DNA of 64,000 nucleotides from an uncultured bacterium (GTDB lineage Bacteria > Planctomycetota > UBA1135 > GCA-002686595): assembly GCA_943787795.1 (NCBI GenBank), contig CALSNU010000004.1, positions 352,001 through 416,000 on the forward strand, written 5' to 3'. A model generated the notes under the pieces. It was not told the origin of the DNA, did not search any database, and saw only the letters and a program-made list of their open reading frames with translations. A program made the translations under genes and the position numbers. Positions 1 through 9,113 of this stretch are shown in pieces; position 1 is the first letter of the stretch, and each line of letters opens with the position of its first letter.

Positions 1-2
1 AG

Positions 3-1301
3 TCGGCCGCCGCGCGCACCCAAGCAGCCAGGCAGCAGCAGGCGAGCCAGAACGCCGCTCGGACGCAGGCGGCGAGGACCGAGGCCGCCAATGGGGCCGC
101 CATAGGGACCGCAGTCGACGCCGACCGGGCCACCGACCAGGCCACCGAGCAACGGATCAGAGAAGCTCGTGAGAAGGGCGCGGCCGAAGACGCCGCCGAG
201 GACGCCGCCACCCGGGCTCGGATCGAGGCGGCTCGAAGAGATAAGGCCGCGTCCAACGAGGCGCGGACCCAGAGCGCACGCAACCAGTACAACGAACGGG
301 TGCGAGCCGCACGGGAGTCCTCGACCGCCACCGGCGGCGGGCTCGTGGTGGACGGCGCCGGGACCGCCGCCGCCGGCGGCCAGGTCTGGGGAACCGGCTA
401 CGGCGACACGTACTCAGGCAGCTACTACAACAACTGCTACTGGAACACCTGGGGCTCCTGCTGGTCCTTGGGGTGGTGCAACTGGTGGTGCGCCCCCACC
501 TACTGCTGCGGCCTCTGGTGGCACTCCTACTGGTGGTCCGGCGGCTCCTGGTGCTACCCCTGGAGCTTCTACTGGTACGGCCCCTTCATCCCGAGCACCT
601 ACTCCGTCGTGTACCAGGAGGTTGAGCCTGAGATCATCTACGTCGAGGTGCCCGCCGCCGACGAGGGGGAGGCGCTGGTTCCCGAGGCGGCGACCGTCTT
701 CATGCCCCCGGCCAAGCCTGACCCCGCCGTGGAGCGCGAGCTCAACCGCGCCACGGGCTACTACCTGACCCAGGGTGACCGCGCCTTCCGTGACGGGCGG
801 TACGGAGACGCCGCGCACTTCTATGCGAAGGCGCTGGAGTACTCACCGGACAGCGGGATTCTCTACCTCGTGCTCGCGGACGCTCTCTTCGCCACCGGTG
901 ACTACCGATACGCCGCCTTCGCGATCCGCAAGGCCCTCGAGCTCGAGCCGGAGCTGGCGACCAACGTCATCGATAAGCGTGACTTCTACGCGGCCCCCGG
1001 GGACTTCGACCGTCAACTGGCCACCCTCGAGCGCTTCGTCGCGGACCATGTGATCGACGATGACGCCAGACTGGTCCTCGCTGCGAACTACCTGTTCGGG
1101 GGCCGCCCCGCCGCGGCCGTCGACCTGTTCAAGTCGCCCTTCAGCGAGAGCCTCGGGAAGAGCCGAGCCGGATCTCTCATCTTCCAGGCCGCCGAGGCCG
1201 CACAGTTCGGCGCGGTCGACGCCGCGCCCGAGGGGCTTGTGCCGGCAGAGGGTGACGCCTCCACCGCGACCCCCGCGGGGGCGCCCGAGGCGAAGGACTG
1301 A
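3..1301 (+). CDS. TPR-domain protein with W/Y/C-rich segment (5' end lies upstream of the window)
   Basis: The frame is open from base 3 (Ala/Arg/Gln-rich helical stretch) through ORF 300..1301. TPR-like helices: YYLTQGDRAFRDGRYGDAAHFYAKALEYSPD and LADALFATGDYRYAAFAIRKALELEPE. Confidence 0.75.
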   Translation, partial: SAAARTQAARQQQASQNAARTQAARTEAANGAAIGTAVDADRATDQATEQRIREAREKGAAEDAAEDAATRARIEAARRDKAASNEARTQSARNQYNERVRAARESSTATGGGLVVDGAGTAAAGGQVWGTGYGDTYSGSYYNNCYWNTWGSCWSLGWCNWWCAPTYCCGLWWHSYWWSGGSWCYPWSFYWYGPFIPSTYSVVYQEVEPEIIYVEVPAADEGEALVPEAATVFMPPAKPDPAVERELNRATGYYLTQGDRAFRDGRYGDAAHFYAKALEYSPDSGILYLVLADALFATGDYRYAAFAIRKALELEPELATNVIDKRDFYAAPGDFDRQLATLERFVADHVIDDDARLVLAANYLFGGRPAAAVDLFKSPFSESLGKSRAGSLIFQAAEAAQFGAVDAAPEGLVPAEGDASTATPAGAPEAKD

Positions 1302-1394
1302 CCCCCAAGGCGCTCCTGCCCAGCTGAGTCCCGCCCGCTGCCGAATCCCGCCCGCTGCCGTGCCCACCAAGGCTCTACAGCGGCGAGCCCCCGC

Positions 1395-1454
1395 GGCTCA
1401 GTGCCCCCCGAGGCTCAGTGCCCCCCGAGGCTCAGCCCCTGCCGCGGCTCAGTG
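1395..1454. repeat. 17-bp tandem repeat (GGCTCAGTGCCCCCCGA), about 3.5 units
   Basis: Two identical units at 1395-1428, a degenerate third, and a partial fourth overlapping the galK stop codon. Confidence 0.85.
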
Positions 1455-2684
1455 AATCTCCCGCGGGCCCTCGTCGCCCTGGAAGAATGCGATCGGCGGG
1501 CGGCGCCCGTAGCGGCGCTCGAAGTCGCCGACAACCGCCTCCGAGACGCGCTGCTCGTCACCCGCGGCGATGAGCATGACGGCGCACCCTCCGAAGCCCG
1601 CGCCGGTGAGGCGAGCTCCAAGCGCGCCCCCCTTCGTCGCGGCCTCCACCAGCGCGTCCAGCTCCTCGCAGGAGCAGTCGTAGCGATCCCTCAGTGAGGC
1701 GTGGGTCTCGGTCATGCAGCGACCCAGCGTCTCCAGGTCACCCGAGAGGAGCGCCTCGCGCGCCACGAAGGTGCGCTCCACTTCCTCCACCACGTGCGTT
1801 GCTCGGCGCAGCAGGTCGGCGTCAAGCTCGTGACCGTTCTCCGTCAGCACCGTGCGGCTGATGTCGCGGAGGACTCGAGCGTCCGGCGCGTGGATGCGGA
1901 GCGCCTCGAACGCCGCGGCGCACTCGGTGACCCGCCGGTTGAACTCACCCCGCGCCAACAGGCGCTGGATTCCGGTATCCACGACGCCGATCGAGAGGCG
2001 CTCGAAGTCCATCGGCAAGTGCTCGAAGGTCTCATCCTTGCAGTCAAGCCAGAGCACGTGCTTGGGGCGAGCGAACCCCACCGCGTAGGGGTCCATGATC
2101 CCACACTTGACGCCCACGAAACCTCGCTCCGCGTCGAGGGCAGCCTCAACTCGCTGGACCGGATCCAGGCCGAGCCCGAGGAGCGCGTTGAGCGCGAAGG
2201 TCGTCCCGACGCAGATTGAGGCCGACGAGGAGAGGCCCGCCCCCACAGGGAGGTTGCCGCCGAACAGCACGTCGAAGCCCCCCGCGAGCTTCGCGGCCAT
2301 CGAGTCCTCGAGGCGAACCAGCGCGAGGAGAACGCCGAGCGGGTAGTCGAACCACTCGCCCCGTGGGCTCACCGGGAGCGCGGCCGCCTTGAAGCTCCCC
2401 TGGACCTCGGCAAAACGAGAAGCCATGCGGATCTCACCGTCCCCGCGCGGCCGGATCGCCACGAACGTTCCGCGGTCGATCGCGGTCGGGAGGACCGGGC
2501 CCCCGTTGTAGTCGAGGTGGCCTCCGAAGAGGTTGACTCGACCCGGGGAGAAGAACGTCCGGACCCCCTCAGTCACCCCGAAGTGCTGCTCGAACGCGGC
2601 ACGGTGGGCCCCGAGCGACTCGCCCAGGTCCGAGGCAACGGATTCCCCGAGGGAGGGGGCGGAAAGCGTGGGCAGGGTCGACAT
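1449..2684 (-). CDS. galK: Galactokinase-family GHMP sugar kinase
   Basis: PGRVNLFGGHLDYNGG sugar-binding signature, PVGAGLSSSAS ATP loop, CGIMD, GARLTGAGFGG. Substrate may differ from galactose (see findings). Confidence 0.85.
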   Translation of the reverse strand: MSTLPTLSAPSLGESVASDLGESLGAHRAAFEQHFGVTEGVRTFFSPGRVNLFGGHLDYNGGPVLPTAIDRGTFVAIRPRGDGEIRMASRFAEVQGSFKAAALPVSPRGEWFDYPLGVLLALVRLEDSMAAKLAGGFDVLFGGNLPVGAGLSSSASICVGTTFALNALLGLGLDPVQRVEAALDAERGFVGVKCGIMDPYAVGFARPKHVLWLDCKDETFEHLPMDFERLSIGVVDTGIQRLLARGEFNRRVTECAAAFEALRIHAPDARVLRDISRTVLTENGHELDADLLRRATHVVEEVERTFVAREALLSGDLETLGRCMTETHASLRDRYDCSCEELDALVEAATKGGALGARLTGAGFGGCAVMLIAAGDEQRVSEAVVGDFERRYGRRPPIAFFQGDEGPREIH

Positions 2685-2881
2685 GGCGGCAATGGGGAGA
2701 CTAACCCGCCCCCCGCCTCTGGCCGCCGATTATCTTCGGGGCGCCGCGGCGCCCATCTGTATCTTCGAGGCCCCACAGCGCCCACCTGAGGCCGCTCAGC
2801 GCGGGCCTGGACCCTGGGGGTAAGGTCAGGGGACCGATTGCGCCGAAGAACTCCCTGGAGGGGTTCACTCCTCCCACCGCC

Positions 2882-3253
2882 ATGTCCCAAGCGCCCAAGA
2901 ACCGAGACCACGAGATGACCCGCCCCCGACTCCGAGTCGCCCTCGCCGGCGTCCTCCTCGCTTCGGTCACCGCTTGCTCCTCGCTCGAGATCAACCGCAC
3001 GACGGAGACCTCTGGGTCGTTCAATTCGTCGGCGCGGACGTGGGTCTTCCTGGGCTGGAACATGCCGCGCCCTGCGATCCAGATCGCCCACGAGAACATC
3101 TCGGACGCAGGCCTCCCCAACACCCGCGAGACCGAGGTCTACCGGACGGATTGGGGATGGTTCAACTGGGTCCTCGAGATCTTCTCGACCCGCACCGCGT
3201 ACGTGAAGGGCACCTGGGGCTATTCGGGCGCCGAGATCCCCCCCGACCGCTGA
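2882..3253 (+). CDS. Small putative lipoprotein
   Basis: Basic N-region, hydrophobic stretch and lipobox VTAC. Start could be ATG 2915. Confidence 0.65.
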   Translation: MSQAPKNRDHEMTRPRLRVALAGVLLASVTACSSLEINRTTETSGSFNSSARTWVFLGWNMPRPAIQIAHENISDAGLPNTRETEVYRTDWGWFNWVLEIFSTRTAYVKGTWGYSGAEIPPDR

Positions 3254-3310
3254 TCGGGCGCGACGCCGCGAACCGCCGAGGGATCGGCGGATGACCCGCA
3301 GGCGCCCCGA

Positions 3311-4462
3311 TCACTCCTTCGAGCTTGGCCCCTGAACGCGCTCCATGAGCGCCTTGGTGAAGCGTCGACTCGCTGCCCAGGTCAGGTGAGAGCCATCCCG
3401 GGTCTCGTACCGGCTCAGGTCCTCGGACGGCGCCACGCCCGCGGGCAGGCCCTCCGCCTGAAACTGGTAGTAAGGGACACCCGCGGCGGCGGCGATCGCC
3501 TCGAGCCGCGCGTCAGGCACAAACTCGCGCTCCACCGCGAGCACGCTGGGCGACACCGGGAAGCGGACGCAGCGCACGTCGACGCCGCGCGCGACGAGCT
3601 CGCGGAGCTTCTCCACGACGATCGCCTCGGCGGCCGCGCGCTCCTCCTCGGTGATGACCTCGAGGGTGATCCGGCACGCGTTCACCAGCTTGTCCGCGTC
3701 GGCGACCTCGAACCACTCCCTGTGCCAGCGGCGCGTCGCCAGCGTCCGGATGCTCTCCGTCCTGAAGTAGTTCAGCCGTTCGCGAACAACGCGGTCGAGC
3801 TGATGCGTCCCCCCCTCGCTCCGCCGCGTCGTCTCCCGGAGGACCTTGCGGAAGCTGGAGAGGTGCGTGTCCACGATGAACGGTGCGTACCCCTCCTCGA
3901 TGAGCCGCGCCCTCTCCTCATCCACCCAGATCCCGAGGGCGCTCTCCAGGGAGAGGGGCTCGAAGACCGGCGGGGGGGTCATGAGCGACGCGCGCATGAC
4001 CGGGTTGGTCTTGGCGCCGAGGGTCGAGGGTGAGAGCGCCACGACCAGCCGCTCCGCGGGGAGGTCCATGATCGCAGGGAGCAGAATGGAGAGGTCCGCG
4101 TTGGGGCCCCAGATCAACCCGACGCTGTCCTCTCCCGCCCGCCGAACGACGTCGAGATCCGTGTCGTCGTAGACGCGGCTATCCCCCACGAATAGCAGCT
4201 CGGCCGACTGAACGTCCTGCTTGGCGTAGAAGGGGCCCAGGTTAGGCCCAGCCCAGTAGATGACCCCGTCGAAGCGGTTGGGGTGCATGATCGGCTCGGG
4301 GAGTCGAGACACCGCGAGGGCCTGCCAGCCGATCAGCCCCAGGGCCGCCAGCACGATCGTCGCGATGAGCGGGGCCCAGGACTGCGCCTGCCTCACCCGC
4401 GCGACAGTGCCGTCTGGATCCATGCCAGGCCAGACGCTCTCTTCCATGTCATGCCCCGCCAT
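3311..4462 (-). CDS. Membrane-anchored SGNH-fold protein (AlgJ/PatB/DltD-like acyl-transfer partner)
   Basis: N-terminal TM helix, LFVGDSR (GDS nucleophile) and DGSHLT (DxxH). Its start overlaps the MBOAT stop by 1 nt. Confidence 0.7.
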   Translation of the reverse strand: MAGHDMEESVWPGMDPDGTVARVRQAQSWAPLIATIVLAALGLIGWQALAVSRLPEPIMHPNRFDGVIYWAGPNLGPFYAKQDVQSAELLFVGDSRVYDDTDLDVVRRAGEDSVGLIWGPNADLSILLPAIMDLPAERLVVALSPSTLGAKTNPVMRASLMTPPPVFEPLSLESALGIWVDEERARLIEEGYAPFIVDTHLSSFRKVLRETTRRSEGGTHQLDRVVRERLNYFRTESIRTLATRRWHREWFEVADADKLVNACRITLEVITEEERAAAEAIVVEKLRELVARGVDVRCVRFPVSPSVLAVEREFVPDARLEAIAAAAGVPYYQFQAEGLPAGVAPSEDLSRYETRDGSHLTWAASRRFTKALMERVQGPSSKE

Positions 4463-5913
4463 CAGAACTGGAAGTAGAAGAAGTCCGCGGTGTCGGTCCG
4501 GCGCACGACAACGAGCGCCACGATCATCACCGCAGCAGCGAGCACCCGGTGCCAGGGCCGCTCACGCCAGGCGAACCACTCCCGAAGGAGCTGGGTCACG
4601 TGCATGAGCACGATCGGCAGCACCAGCAGCAGATGGCGGGCCTCCGCGAAGACCTCCCACCCCATCCCCTCCTGGAAGGGGACGATGTAGGCGATCCGCC
4701 AGACCTCGAACACCGACGCCACGTCCGGGGCGCGGAAGAAGACCCAGTTCGACTGCATGAAGACGTTCATCAGGAGGATGATCCAGATGCGCTTCGTGAT
4801 GGCCGCGGGCCCCTTCGGCCGGTCGAATGGCCACCCGCGGGCGCGCCGCCCGCCGTTGAAGGTGTTGACCCACCATCGGTTCACCACCACCCCGATGCCG
4901 TGGTAGAGCCCGAACATCACGAACGTCCAGGCTGCACCGTGCCACACGCCGGCCAGGACCATGGTCGTGAGCATGGCCGTGTACTGACGGCCACCGCCGC
5001 CCTTCTTCGCCCAGAGGGGCAGGTAGACGTAGTCGCGCAGCCAGCTCGACAGGGTCATGTGCCAGCGCACCCAGAGCTCCTGGGGGCCGCGCGAGATATA
5101 CGGATAGAGGAAGTTCCTCGGGAAGCGCATGCCCAGCAGGCACGCCAGGCCGATCGCCAGACACGAGTACCCGGCGAAGTCCGCGAAGACCATGCAGCCC
5201 AGGTAGACCAGCGACAGCCAGACGTGGGCGGGCGTCGCCTGGCCCGACGGGATCATCGCGAAGATCCGGTCGATCTCCGGCGCCAGGTTGTCGGCGACGA
5301 CGATCTTCGTGAAGAGGCCCCAGACGATCAGGTAGAGGCCGTTCTGGATCCGCCAAGGGGAGGGCCAGTGACGCCGCTGGAACTGCGGGAGGAGCTCCTG
5401 GGCCCGCACGATCGGACCGGCGACCAGCTGCGGGAAGAACGCCACGAACAGAAAGAAGTCGCGGAAGGACTTCGCCGGCGCGAGCCGCCCTCGATAGATG
5501 TCGATCGAGTAGCTGAGCGTCTGGAAGGTGTAGAAGCTGATCCCCACCGGCACGACCCAGGGGATCGCGGTGTTGATCCCCTGCACGCCCAGCGCGTCCG
5601 CGATCGTGTCGAGGTTCTCCAGCGCGAAGTGGCCGTACTTGAAGTACCCGAGGAGCCCCAGATTCGTGCACAGGCTGACCAGGAGCCACCGGGTACGCGC
5701 GCCGTCGCTCTTGGCCGCGTGAATCCGCCCGCCGGCGGCGTAGTCCACGACCGCAGAGATCAGGATCAGCGGCAGGTAATACGGGCTCCACCAGGCATAG
5801 AAGACGAGGCTCGAGACGAGCGCGGCGGTCTTCGCCCAGGAGAATGGCAGCCTCCACCAGAGGAGCCACGAGAGCCCGAAGAGGAGCCAGAAGGTGCCGG
5901 AGTCAAATGACAT
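4462..5913 (-). CDS. MBOAT family O-acyltransferase (AlgI/PatA/DltB-like)
   Basis: PVGISFYTFQTLSY, FFPQLVAGPIVR, DFAGYS, RWHMTLSSWLRDY, GVWHGA (catalytic His), C-terminal FFYFQF. Confidence 0.92.
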   Translation of the reverse strand: MSFDSGTFWLLFGLSWLLWWRLPFSWAKTAALVSSLVFYAWWSPYYLPLILISAVVDYAAGGRIHAAKSDGARTRWLLVSLCTNLGLLGYFKYGHFALENLDTIADALGVQGINTAIPWVVPVGISFYTFQTLSYSIDIYRGRLAPAKSFRDFFLFVAFFPQLVAGPIVRAQELLPQFQRRHWPSPWRIQNGLYLIVWGLFTKIVVADNLAPEIDRIFAMIPSGQATPAHVWLSLVYLGCMVFADFAGYSCLAIGLACLLGMRFPRNFLYPYISRGPQELWVRWHMTLSSWLRDYVYLPLWAKKGGGGRQYTAMLTTMVLAGVWHGAAWTFVMFGLYHGIGVVVNRWWVNTFNGGRRARGWPFDRPKGPAAITKRIWIILLMNVFMQSNWVFFRAPDVASVFEVWRIAYIVPFQEGMGWEVFAEARHLLLVLPIVLMHVTQLLREWFAWRERPWHRVLAAAVMIVALVVVRRTDTADFFYFQF

Positions 5914-6011
5914 GGGAGGTGTCGCCTCAAGAGCCTACCCCGCGGTGGGACCAGAGGAACGCGCGCGGCGGCAGAGTCTGACGGGCCAGGTGGGATCCCG
6001 CCCGGAGACGA

Positions 6012-7991
6012 TCAGCCTGGGTTCTTGGCTGGGACGTTCTCGTGCTGGGGCAACCGGATCGTGGCCCGCGCCCCAGGTCCGTCTGCGCGATTGCTAACGG
6101 AGACGGTCCCGCCGAGGTCCTCGACAATCCGCCGGACGATGGCGAGCCCGAGCCCGGTCCCGCTCGAGCGGGTGGTGAAGTAGGGCTCGAAGAGCCGTGA
6201 CTCCGCCTCGTCATCGATGCCCCGCCCCGAGTCGAGGACGGTGATATGAACCATCCCACCCTCGGCGTACACCTCGCCGCGGATGACTCCCCCCTCAACT
6301 GAAGCCTCGATCGCGTTGCTGACCAGGTTCACCAACGCTCGCTGCAGCTCGTCCGGGTCGGCCTCCACCATGAGCTTGCTCCCCAGGCTCACGTCCATGT
6401 CGAGGCGGACCCCGCCGTCCGAAGCCCAGGCCTCATTGAGGTCAAAGACCCCCGCGAGGGTCTCCCCCGGGTCGACCGGGACCGGATCCCTGTGCTCACC
6501 CGCAAAGGTGTAGAAGTCTCGCGCGATCTCCCGCATGTTTCCCACCTGTCGCTGGACGATCTCGATGGTTCGCTCGAGGATCGCAGGGAACTCCGGAGAG
6601 CCCTCATCGTGGGCCCGCTTCAGGAGCGAGGCCGAGAGCTGGATCGGCGTCAGGGGGTTCTTGATCTCGTGGGCCACCTGGCGGGCCATCTCACGCCAGG
6701 CCGCGTCCTTCTCCGCTTCGACGAGCTGGGCGCGGTTCTCCTTGAGCTCACGGGTCATGCGGTTGAAGGATCGAGCCAGGTCCGCCAGCTCGTCGTGCCC
6801 ATGGACCGTCACCTGGGCGTCGAGATCTCCGCTGGCCACCCGCCTCGTGAAGGCCTCGAGGTCCTGCACCGGGCGCGTCGTCCGCCGTGCGACCACGACG
6901 GTCACGAGGATGGCCAGGAGCAGCACGATCGCGCTCGCCTTGGCGATGGTCGCCGTGATCTCTGCCACGGGGCCATAGATGTCCGGATAGTCCACGCCGA
7001 CCCCGACGACCCAGCCCAGGCCCTGCGGACTCTGGCGCCTGGTCCGCCCCTGCTTGAAGGCCGCCTTCTTGCGAGTCCCAAGGTACTCGTAGTCCGGGAA
7101 CATCCCTGACCCGCTCGAACGACGGACCGCCTCTCCCATCACAGAGAGGTTCAAGCGTCGGCCAGAGACCCGCTCCCCGTAGAGGGACCGATTGGGGTGC
7201 GCGAGGATCGTGTCCGCATCCGACGCCCAGAGCCAGGCATAGCTCGAGTCATAGAGGTCTGCGGAGCGGGCGCCCGATGAAATCGCTCCAGCGCGCCGCA
7301 CTCCGTAGGTCTCAATCTCGCTCTGCACGATGGACCAGGGCACAAGCGTGACCACGGCCCCCAGGGGCTCTGCCTGCGGGCCGCTCCCCCGGACGGGCTC
7401 GGCGAACCCAAAGTGCCTCCCGACCTCCGGGCGCGCGGCCTCGTCCACGTCGTCCGCGAGCTGAAACCGAGTCTGGTCAAAGGTCACGGACTCTCCTGCC
7501 ATGACGGGTGCGAACCACGGCTGCTCAGACCACGGGAAGATCGAGAGCCGCTCCAGCACTGCCGGCTGGAGCATGACGCTGCTCGCGCCCTTCGAATTGG
7601 TCGCGACGACCTCGCCACCCCGGCCCAGCACGACCACGAACTCCGCGGCGCGGCCCTGGCGCACCAGGCGGTCGAGCAAGTAGAGAGACTCTTCTGGCCG
7701 GCCGGATCGGTCATCGGCGAGCTCGGCCACGTCGCGCTCGCTCGCGCGGAGCAGAGCCCTCTTCACGGTCGGCGCGGCGGCGAGGAGCACGGCGTCCTCC
7801 CGGCGCTCGTCCACGAGGCGGTCGAGGCGGTCCGACAGCTCCGCCGCGTGACCGAGCAGGTGATAGCGCACCACGTCGTCCGCGAAGCGCTCCGAGACGA
7901 AGTCGTGGACGTACCAGGCGAAGCCCAGGAACGGCATGACGACGACAGCGAGCACCGCGAGCACCCACTTGGTGGAGATCCGCCTGATCAT
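6012..7991 (-). CDS. Membrane sensor histidine kinase (Cache-like sensor, HAMP, HisKA, HATPase; NtrY-like)
   Basis: Two TM helices, HAMP (DELADLARSFNRM), H-box AHEIKNPL, N-box NLVSNA, DSGRG and GTGLGL. Start placed at ATG 7991 (MIRRISTKW) to avoid overlapping the GT9 gene. Confidence 0.9.
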   Translation of the reverse strand: MIRRISTKWVLAVLAVVVMPFLGFAWYVHDFVSERFADDVVRYHLLGHAAELSDRLDRLVDERREDAVLLAAAPTVKRALLRASERDVAELADDRSGRPEESLYLLDRLVRQGRAAEFVVVLGRGGEVVATNSKGASSVMLQPAVLERLSIFPWSEQPWFAPVMAGESVTFDQTRFQLADDVDEAARPEVGRHFGFAEPVRGSGPQAEPLGAVVTLVPWSIVQSEIETYGVRRAGAISSGARSADLYDSSYAWLWASDADTILAHPNRSLYGERVSGRRLNLSVMGEAVRRSSGSGMFPDYEYLGTRKKAAFKQGRTRRQSPQGLGWVVGVGVDYPDIYGPVAEITATIAKASAIVLLLAILVTVVVARRTTRPVQDLEAFTRRVASGDLDAQVTVHGHDELADLARSFNRMTRELKENRAQLVEAEKDAAWREMARQVAHEIKNPLTPIQLSASLLKRAHDEGSPEFPAILERTIEIVQRQVGNMREIARDFYTFAGEHRDPVPVDPGETLAGVFDLNEAWASDGGVRLDMDVSLGSKLMVEADPDELQRALVNLVSNAIEASVEGGVIRGEVYAEGGMVHITVLDSGRGIDDEAESRLFEPYFTTRSSGTGLGLAIVRRIVEDLGGTVSVSNRADGPGARATIRLPQHENVPAKNPG

Positions 7992-8078
7992 TGCCCCCAG
8001 TGTAGGGGGTCGTCCCCCGTCATCATTGCTCCCACTTGACATGCTGGGACATGGCACAACAACCTTCGTGCCGTCCCC

Positions 8079-9113
8079 ATGCCGCCCACCAGCTCCCCTG
8101 AACGCATCCTCGTGGTCCGGCTGTCCCACCTGGGGGACATCGCCCAGGCGATTCCGCTCGTCCACGCCCTCCGTGACCGTTGGCCGACCGCTGAGATCGG
8201 ATGGGCAGCCCAGCCAGAGTTCGCGGCCCTGATCGAGCCCCTCGCCACCGTCCTTCCTTTCGAGCGCGAGGGCGGGCTCCGCGCGTGGCTCGCGTTCCGG
8301 GCCGCGGCGCGGCGATTCAAGGCTGACCTCGTGATCGACGCTCAAGGGAACTGGAAGAGCGCCTTCGCCGCGTGGGTCGCTGCTCGAGGCTCGGGGCCTT
8401 GCCGCCGCGTGGGCTTCGCCCTGGAGCATTGGCAAGAACCCCTGGCGGCGCGCATCACGCGGCCACAGCTGGCTCCGCCCGCCGACGGCCCCCACCTCGT
8501 CCAGCGCGCCCTCGGACTCGCGCGCCATTTGACGGGCGTGGCCCCGCGCCCAAGGCTGGACCCCGAGCTCACGCCAGAGGAGCGAGAGGGCGGGGCCCAG
8601 CTCCTCCCAGGGGCGGGGCCAGCCGCCCCTGTCCTCCTGCACCCCGGGGTTCCCGGCGATCCACGTTCATGGCCCTCAGACGCCTTCCGGCAGCTCGCCG
8701 GCGAGCTGATCGAGCGCGGCTTTGAGGTCACCGTGATCACGGGTCCCAAGGAGCAAGCCGTCGGGCTCGAACTGGAGCGTGCGTTGCCCGAGGCCCACCA
8801 CGTGGTCGGCCAGCGCGGCCTCCGGCTCCTCGCCGCCGCGCTCGAAGCGGCCGCGCGCAGGGGCGGCTGCCTGGTCTCGGGGGACTCCGGTCCTGCCCAC
8901 GTCGCCGCATCCGTGGGGCTCCCCGTGGTCCTGATCGCAGGACCTGAGGACCCGGCCCGCACCGGCCCCTGGCCCACAGCCGCGCCCGCGGCGCCAGCCC
9001 GGACTCACCGCGTCCCCGGGCCTCGTTGGGAGGTTCGAGAGATCACGACGGTCACCGTCCCGGACGTCCGCGACGCGGTCCTTGAGCTGCTCACTCCCCG
9101 TCGAGCGCTCTGA
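8079..9113 (+). CDS. Glycosyltransferase family 9 (LPS heptosyltransferase-like)
   Basis: RILVVRLSHLGD, DLVIDAQG, LHPG...RSWP, GDSGPAHVAA motifs. Confidence 0.88.
   Translation: MPPTSSPERILVVRLSHLGDIAQAIPLVHALRDRWPTAEIGWAAQPEFAALIEPLATVLPFEREGGLRAWLAFRAAARRFKADLVIDAQGNWKSAFAAWVAARGSGPCRRVGFALEHWQEPLAARITRPQLAPPADGPHLVQRALGLARHLTGVAPRPRLDPELTPEEREGGAQLLPGAGPAAPVLLHPGVPGDPRSWPSDAFRQLAGELIERGFEVTVITGPKEQAVGLELERALPEAHHVVGQRGLRLLAAALEAAARRGGCLVSGDSGPAHVAASVGLPVVLIAGPEDPARTGPWPTAAPAAPARTHRVPGPRWEVREITTVTVPDVRDAVLELLTPRRAL

Noticed and set aside
7992..8642. N-terminal extensions in the ORF track (sensor kinase; likewise lptF, S8, sigma54 activator, ALDH, EAL, rnd)
   Set aside because: The extensions overlap opposite-strand genes, repeats or tRNA and translate to Arg/Pro-rich noise. 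Downstream starts match family N-termini.
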